Positions 62,401-64,000 of a stretch of DNA of 64,000 bases are shown piece by piece. Position 1 is the stretch's first letter. The number at the start of each line of letters is the position of its first letter. Under the pieces are notes generated by a model. That model searched no databases and had not been told where the DNA came from. It saw only the letters and a list, made by a program, of their open reading frames with translations. The position numbers and the translations under genes are program-made. Source of the DNA: Blasia pusilla (taxonomy: Eukaryota); contig CM114271.1 of NCBI GenBank assembly GCA_050084515.1, positions 8,494,001 through 8,558,000 on the forward strand. Direction: 5' to 3'.

Positions 62401-64000
62401 CTACAGGTCTCCCTTCTTGTACCAACATTCTTGCAATCGCAAAATCACTAGCATCACTATGCACCTCAAACGATAAGACGAACTCTGGAAGCTTCAATAC
62501 TGGCTCCTGCGATAGGATCTCCTTGACTCGGTTGAGCGCGTCATTCACTTATTGGGTCCACGTCATATTAGCGTACTTCGCGGTCCAATCCGTGAGAGGT
62601 CTCACAATTCTTGAAAATTTCCTCACACAGGTTCTATAGAATTGAACCGTGCCGATGAATCTCTTCATTCCCTTCACTGTGGAAGGCAATTTTCATTCGA
62701 TGATCAATTTCACCTTGTCCATATTTGAACTAACTCCATTTGCGCTAACCACATGAGCCAAGAACTTGATCTTGCGCAACCTGAACTCACCCTTTTCCAT
62801 ATTTGCATACAAATTGTTTTCCCTTAGTTTCAACAACACCGCTCTCAAGTGTCGAATGTGCTCCTCTAGTGACTTTGAATAGATGAGTATATCATCTATG
62901 TAGATGATAACGAACTCATGATCATGTGTCTCCTCATGGAAAATTGAGTTCATCAATGTGGTGAACGTCGGAGGCGCATTACATAGACTGAAGGGCATCA
63001 CCACAAACTCGAACGAGTCATATCTTGTTCTACATGCTGTCTTCTCCACATCCGCTTTAGAAATCCAAATCTGGTAATATCCTGACTTCAAGTCAATCCT
63101 ACTAAAGTATTTCGCCCCCAAAAGTCTATCAAAGAGGTCATCAATCCTTGACAGAGGGTAATTTTTTCTCACCGTCACCTTATTCAGCACACGATAATCC
63201 ACACAAAGTCCCATTTTTCCATCCTTCTTCTTCACACAGAGAACATGTGCTCCTTACGGTGACTTGCTGGTACTGATGTAGCCCTTCTCCAAGAGCTCAC
63301 TTAATTGCTTTTTCAAATCATCAAATTCCTCCTGATTCAATCTTTATAGGGCCTTGGAAGGTGGTTGAGATCCGGGAATGACCTATATCTTATGATCAAT
63401 TGCCCTATGTGGTGGCAACTTGTTCGAAACCTCATTCGTCAAGACATCACCAAACTCCTTCACCACTCTTTGGAATAGTTTTTGGATTCCCCTCGAAGTC
63501 GCATCCTAATCTCTACGCTTCTTGCATGTGGCTTTCTCTACCTGTCTCATTAAGCAAAGAAACCCATCTTCCATCTCGGTCAAAATCCTTCTCGTAATGG
63601 CGTTTACCAACTCATTTTTCACATGAACCTCACGAACCAACCTCAATTGCAACCATTTTCCTTTCACTAAGACGTTCAACCTAAACGATCTCCGCCTCAG
63701 CCCCACCTCATATGCATCCAAGAATGTATTGCCCAAGACCCCGTCAATACCATTCATCTCGCACATGGTGAAATTCTCCTTCAACTCGAATACTCGGCAT
63801 CATATTGTGAGTCTAGCACCAACTTGGAAGTTCGATGAGACTTGCCTCCAACAAAGCCTACTCGGATGGGCTAGTCGGCCTTGGAGGTTGACAGAACCAA
63901 CTCCTTCATAATTCTCAGGCTTAGGAAGGAGTGCATCGTACCTGTATCCACGAGCAACATCACATCACAATTAGAAATCTTTGATCTCAAGTACACCAAG
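59420..64000 (-). mobile_element. Chromodomain-containing Ty3/gypsy (chromovirus) pol, degenerate
   Basis: RT LCVDYRVLN and IYIDDILIYS, RNase H HSDASD, integrase CVTCQ and SMDFITSLP, then YPTFHVS and chromodomain-like EFEVETIL...YLVK. Confidence 0.9.
60059..61277 (+). repeat. Solo LTR (1219 bp) inserted in the chromovirus integrase
   Basis: TGTGAT...ATTACA termini with a 5-bp TSD GTTGA (60054-60058 and 61278-61282). The termini resemble those of the Athila-like LTRs. Confidence 0.9.

Overview
Eukaryotic, almost certainly plant, heterochromatin-like window made of nested transposable elements; I see no host genes, RNA genes or CRISPR array. The background is decayed LTR retrotransposons: one Ty1/copia, two related Athila-like Ty3/gypsy copies with extra ORFs, another gypsy fragment, a chromodomain gypsy and two solo LTRs. 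The main find is six copies or derivatives of one Mutator-like (MULE) DNA transposon family. Two are full length (29749-41841 and 42614-54055) and one is a 597-bp non-autonomous derivative (55494-56090); all three have exact 9-bp TSDs. The full element carries two divergent spliced genes. One is a DDE MULE transposase with a C-terminal SWIM finger. The other is a 4-exon gene of roughly 1200 codons with an N-terminal ParB/Sulfiredoxin-like domain (FFI[W]DGNHR) and a C-terminal beta-class N4C/N6A DNA-methyltransferase-like domain with non-canonical motifs. The larger introns, the intergenic promoter region and the subterminal regions hold dozens of copies of a 25-bp palindrome, CAACCCGTCGGA-N-TCCGACGGGTTG. 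I infer a transposon-encoded 'ParB-MTase plus cognate palindrome' self-marking or anti-silencing system. Domain calls come from reading motifs by eye and need HMM or structure confirmation. All coding copies here carry stops or frameshifts.
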